64,000 nucleotides of DNA from the NCBI RefSeq assembly GCF_009914755.1, contig NC_060929.1; one strand, given 5' to 3'. The position numbers and the translations under genes are program-made. Source of the stretch: the human T2T-CHM13v2.0 reference genome, Homo sapiens. Below, in pieces: positions 59,371 through 64,000 of this stretch. The stretch's first letter is position 1. Each line of letters begins with the position of its first letter. Below the pieces are notes generated by a model. The model was given only the letters and a program-made list of their open reading frames with translations, did no database searches and was not told the DNA's origin.

Positions 59371-60705
59371 AGTCCCCTTAGAGGCCACTTATTGAGGTGT
59401 GGATGAGGTTTAGTCCCATCCCAAGTGTACCCAAAAGTTTTGCTAGTGAGAAAGTACAGCAAATGCAGGAGGGAAAAAGCAAACTCCCACCAATTTAATT
59501 TATAAATATCCTATTTCCAAGTGAGACAACATAATGTAATCCCTTATTTTCTTACCATCTCCAGCAAGTAGTATATAGTGGATAGTTTTGCTTAGTGTAA
59601 ACATCATAGCAGAGATAATTCAAGATGCAATATTTAGATATTTTCCACAATTACACTAAGTTAAAGCTTTTTCATAGCTCAATTATTTTGTTTGCATGAA
59701 AATTTAAGAAATTATAGTACAAAATAACTAATTGATATGGCTTACTGTAATCATTTCCCCTAAAATCAGATTTCATTTTGATAAATAGCGAATTAAGCAG
59801 AAATCTATATTCACTTCAATTTATATATTCTGAAATTATTAAAATGTTGATGTATTGTCTCCGGATATTGACACTTAAAAAATTTTCGCTCCCAATTGAA
59901 AAATATAGGCCAAAATAATTTATTTATTGTGTTCTTAGCTTGAAAAAGAAAAAAATGCTAGATCAGTATAAAGTATTTGATAAGCAAACTAAATCTCCTA
60001 TCACATCAAAAAGTAGGTTTTGCTTTGTTTGCTTTTTCTATGGTCTCCTGCTCATGATACTGTTGTAAAATTCTCCAAGATCTAAAAAAAGACCTTGGAT
60101 TTCTTCTGCTTCAGTAGCAAGTCTATTAATAGAATAGGGAGAGAATTGTAATGCTTCATTACTTTCAGCTGAGAAAGGGGAATACAAGGACCTCTCACTT
60201 TCAAAGTGGCATTGAAGCAAAATTACCTCAACCAGACATGAAGGTATGGAATAAAGTAAAAATAGGTTTTACAATTTCCCTCAAGGACTGAGGAGAATGC
60301 ATATTTCTTCCAACAAATGCAAATATTTCAGCAATTAGAATTTTCAAAACAATTTTACTTGCTCAATTTAAAGTAAGAATGGTGTGACCATGAAGCTAGC
60401 ATTTATAATCAAGCATGAATTACAATTTGTATATAAATGTAAAGTTGCTACATTGTGGTCCAATAATATTTACTATGGGATAAATTCTAAATTACATAAG
60501 CTATAACTTTCCCACATTCTCTCAAAATATTGGATAATGGCATCCAAAATACTCATTTAGACTAAAAATATCCAGTAAATATTTTCACTGGAATAAATAT
60601 ATTTTTAAGCACAAATTCACATATTATGAAATATTGTAAATGGAAAAATGTATGATTAGGAGAGCCCTGAGTCAAAACAGTGTCAAACTGAAAAGTTTGT
60701 CTCCA

Positions 60706-60993
60706 GGCAGGGCATGGTGGCTCACGCCTGTAATTCCAGAACTTTGGGAAGCCGAGAGCAGCGGATTTCTTGAGGCCAGAAGTTTGAGATTATTCTGGCC
60801 AACATAGTTCACCATGTTTCAACCCCCTCTGTACTAAAAATGCAAAAACCAGCCAGGCATGGTGGCCACACCTGTAATCCCAGCTACTCAGGAGGCTGAG
60901 GCAGGAGAATTGCTTAAACCTAGGAAGTAGAGGTTTCAGTGAGCCAAGATTGTGCCACTGCACTCCAGCTTGGGCAACAGAGCAAGACTCTGT
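60706..60993 (+). mobile_element. AluS (Sx/Sz-like) with a microsatellite-expanded tail
   Basis: Alu body. Perfect 15-bp TSD AAAAGTTTGTCTCCA at 60691-60705 and 61289-61303 encloses the tail. Confidence 0.95.
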
Positions 60994-61020
60994 GGAAAGA
61001 AAGAAAGAAAAGAAAGAAAT

Positions 61021-61098
<78 letters not shown>

Positions 61099-61288
61099 GA
61101 AGGAAGGAAGGAAGGAAGGAAGGAAGGAAGGAAGGAAGGAAGGAAGGAAGGAAGGGAGGGAAAGAAAGAAAGGCAGGCAGGCGAAGGGAAGGGAAAGGAA
61201 AGGAAAGGAAAGCAAAGGAAAGGAAAGGAAAGGAAAGGACAGAAGGAAAGGAAGGAAAGGAAGGAAAAAGAAACGAAAAAAGAAAGAA
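60994..61288. repeat. Compound purine microsatellite (AGAA)19 (GGAA)14 (GGAAA)n
   Basis: AGAA units at 61021-61096, GGAA units at 61098-61153, then GGAAA-type units. Confidence 0.97.
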
Positions 61289-61874
61289 AAAAGTTTGTCT
61301 CCAAAAGGTAGTTTTATACCTTCTTTTATGTTAAAATGTAATGAATAAATTATTAGTTAATTTACATTTTGTGTACAAATCCAAAGTTATTAATTTAATT
61401 TATTTAACAGACATTAGATTTTTGGTGACTTCTTACTTGAAAGCTTTTAGCAGCATATATTAGTTTCAGAACAGGGAATAGTATCTGTTTGCAAAGCGAT
61501 AAACCAAAAAATTTGTTAGCAATGCAGAGAAAAATATTCATGAAAATAGAATAGATCACACTGGAGAAAAGAAATGGTGATAAAATTACTTAAATATCAT
61601 CTGCCATAGATGAGCACTGATTATCTCTAAAGATGTAGATTCTACACATACACACCATTGGCAAGGTGTATGTGGAATATAATTGATTCTGCATATTAGA
61701 GAGTATATTAAAAAGTCATATAATTTTAAGAATACCTAACATACCATTTTTTTCTCTTAAGTAATCTATATCATCTAGTGCAAATATAGTGGTTGATAAA
61801 CAAGGGATTATATTGTTAAATGGACTTACACCAATCACTGATCTCACCTAACTCTGAAATATACAAATGATTTG

Positions 61875-62364
61875 TGTATTACTTTCCTGCTGCTTCAGTA
61901 GTAAACTACCACAGACTCAGGAGCATCAAAAAGAACAAATGTGTTACACTCTTGCTGTGAGAAATCCGAAATGGGTTTAACAGGGATGAAATCAAGGTGT
62001 CAGCAGAGCTGCATTCCTCCTTGAGGCTCTAGGAGAACTCTTTTTATTTTTTCCTTTTCTCCTGTATTCTTCAACTTGTGGTTGCATCATTCTGACCTCT
62101 TTTTCTATCATGATGTATCTTTCTCCAACTCTGAACCCTCCTGGCACTTTCTTATAAAGACCTTGTGATTCCATTGAGTCCACCTGGATATTTCAGAATA
62201 ATCTTCCCATCTCAAGACATTAGGGTGGTGCAAAAGTAATTGCTGTTCTTACCATTCAAAGTAATGGTAATATCTTAAATCAAGCACATCTTTAAAGCCA
62301 TCTGTACTGGCTTTGGGCATTCAAACGTGAACATTGTTGAGGGGCCATTATTCTACTTACAACA
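61875..62364 (-). mobile_element. MLT1C/D-type MaLR solo LTR
   Basis: TGTATTA.TTTCCT...AAATCAAGGTGTCAGCAG.GCTGCATTCC...GGGGCCATTATTCT.C.TAC.ACA. 5-bp TSD ATTTG. Confidence 0.85.
62220..62270. mobile_element. MADE1 (Hsmar1 MITE), partial
   Basis: TTAGGGTGGTGCAAAAGTAATTGC.GTT.TT.CCATT...TAATGG.AA matches the left TIR and centre. The right TIR is mostly lost. Confidence 0.8.
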
Positions 62365-62404
62365 ATTTGTAACCAATTAAACCAAAAAGAATCAAGGGAG
62401 AACT

Positions 62405-64000
62405 GTCATTCTAAAGTTTATCTGGACAGGTAAAAGACCCAGAACAGCTACCACAATATTGAAAAATAAGAACAAAATTTCAGGACTGATTTCCTACTGC
62501 CAGACTTAATATAAAGCCACAGTAATCAAAAAAGTATGACGTTGGCAAAATAATAGACAAATAAATAAATGAAACACAATAGATAGCCTAGAAATAGCTT
62601 CACATAAATATAGTCAACTGATCTTTGACCAAAAAAAAAAAAAAAAAAAAACCGAAGGCAATACAATAGAGAAAAAAAAACCAGTCTTTTCAACAAGTGT
62701 TGCTGAAACATTAGATAAGCAGAAAATTCATCTAAAATAAACAAATGAAAACAGAAACAACAAATGGTGCTGGAACTCCTGGATATCTACATGCAAGAAA
62801 GTAGGTTTAAACACAGACCTTATACCCTTCACAAAAATTGTCCCAAAATGGTTTACAAGCCTAAATGTAAAATGAAAAACTATAAACTCCTGGAAGAGAG
62901 CATTAGAGAAAATCTAGTTGACCTTGGGTATGGGGATGATTTTTAAATACAAGACCAAAGGCATGATATCCTCGAGAAAGTAACTGATAATCTGGAGAAG
63001 GGAAGCCATGGACTGGGAGAAAATATTTGCAAAAAAAAATGCCTGATAAAGGTTATCATCTGAAATATACAAAAAAAAAAAAAAAACACTCAAAGTCCAA
63101 TAATAAGAAAACACAGAACCTAATTAAAGAATAGGTGAAAGACCTCAATAGATATTTCACTAAAGAACACATGACAATGACAAATGAGAACACAAAAAGG
63201 TGCTCTGTGTCATATGTCATTAGGGAAATGCAAATTAAAACAAAAATAAAATACCATTACCTGCCTATTATAAGAGCGAGAACACTGAGAACACCAAATG
63301 CTGACAAAGATGTGGAGCATAGGAACTCTCATTGCCAGTGTAAATGTAAAATGGTGTAGGTACTTGGGAAGACAATTTATCACTTACAAAATTAAGCACA
63401 CTCTTACTACTCAGTCCAGCAATCATGCTCCATAGTATTTATCCAAATGAGTCGAAAACTTACATACACACAAAAACCTGCACACAGATGTTTATAGCAG
63501 CTTTACTCATAATTCCCCAAGCTTGGAAGCAACCAATAAGCCTTTCTCAATCAGAGAATAGAATTAAATGTATCTATTTAGTAAAATATTATTTAGGACT
63601 GAAAAAACACTGAGCTATAAGGCCATGAAAAGACACGGAGGAACCTTAAATGGACACTACTCAGTAAAAGAAGAAAGTCCATATTCTGTACGACTCCAAC
63701 TATAAGGCATGATGGAAAAGGTAAAACTATGGAGACACTAAAAATATCAGTGGTTTAAAGTCATTATGAAGAAGGGAAGGATGAATAGGAAGAACATAAA
63801 GGAGTTTTAAGCAGTGAAACTATTCTGTCTGATACTATAATGGTGAATATATGTTATTGGAAATACGTCTAAACCTATAAAATGTGTAATACCAAGAGTG
63901 AACCCTAATGTAAACTATAGACAGAGTGACAATAATGTGTCAGTGTAAGTTCATCAATTGTAACAACAAATGTACCACTCTGGTATGAGCAGTTGATATT
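62405..64000 (+). mobile_element. L1MC-type ORF2 3' end and 3'UTR, running off the window
   Basis: TTCTAAAGTTTAT.TGGA.AGG.AAAAGACCCAGAA, CAACTGATCTTTGAC, GTGAACCCTAATGTAAACTA, AAATGTACCACTCTGGT. Confidence 0.88.

Noticed and set aside
60790-61348. Four overlapping 119-141 aa ORFs rich in K/E/R or F/L/S
   Set aside because: They are stop-free readings of the GAAA/GGAA microsatellite.

Overview
This is primate, most likely human, nuclear DNA. It is AT-rich (about one third GC by eye), CpG-depleted and gene-poor, so either intergenic or deep intronic. No protein-coding gene is supported: the listed ORFs are short and come from Alu, L1, LTR or simple-repeat sequence, or are chance-length ORFs. 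A large share of the window is interspersed repeat: about 20 Alu elements (J, S and Y classes), L1 fragments from old L1M to L1PA2, ERV1 and MaLR solo LTRs (MER31-, MER34- and MER50-like, MST, THE1, MLT1), DNA transposons (Tigger2a, MER44, MER2, MADE1, MER5), MIR and L2 relics, a 1.1 kb AT-only tract and a 0.3 kb GAAA/GGAA purine tract. One RNA-derived feature is present, an old 3'-truncated, tailless U6 snRNA retrocopy with target-site duplications (24194-24286). I found no previously undescribed biological system. The most notable observations are retrotransposition and repair fossils (tailless U6, a twin-primed L1 with primer microhomology, an L1PA patch inside an L1MA, four-level nesting) and structure-prone repeats. 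Repeat subfamily names come from recalled consensus sequences and need RepeatMasker/Dfam confirmation.
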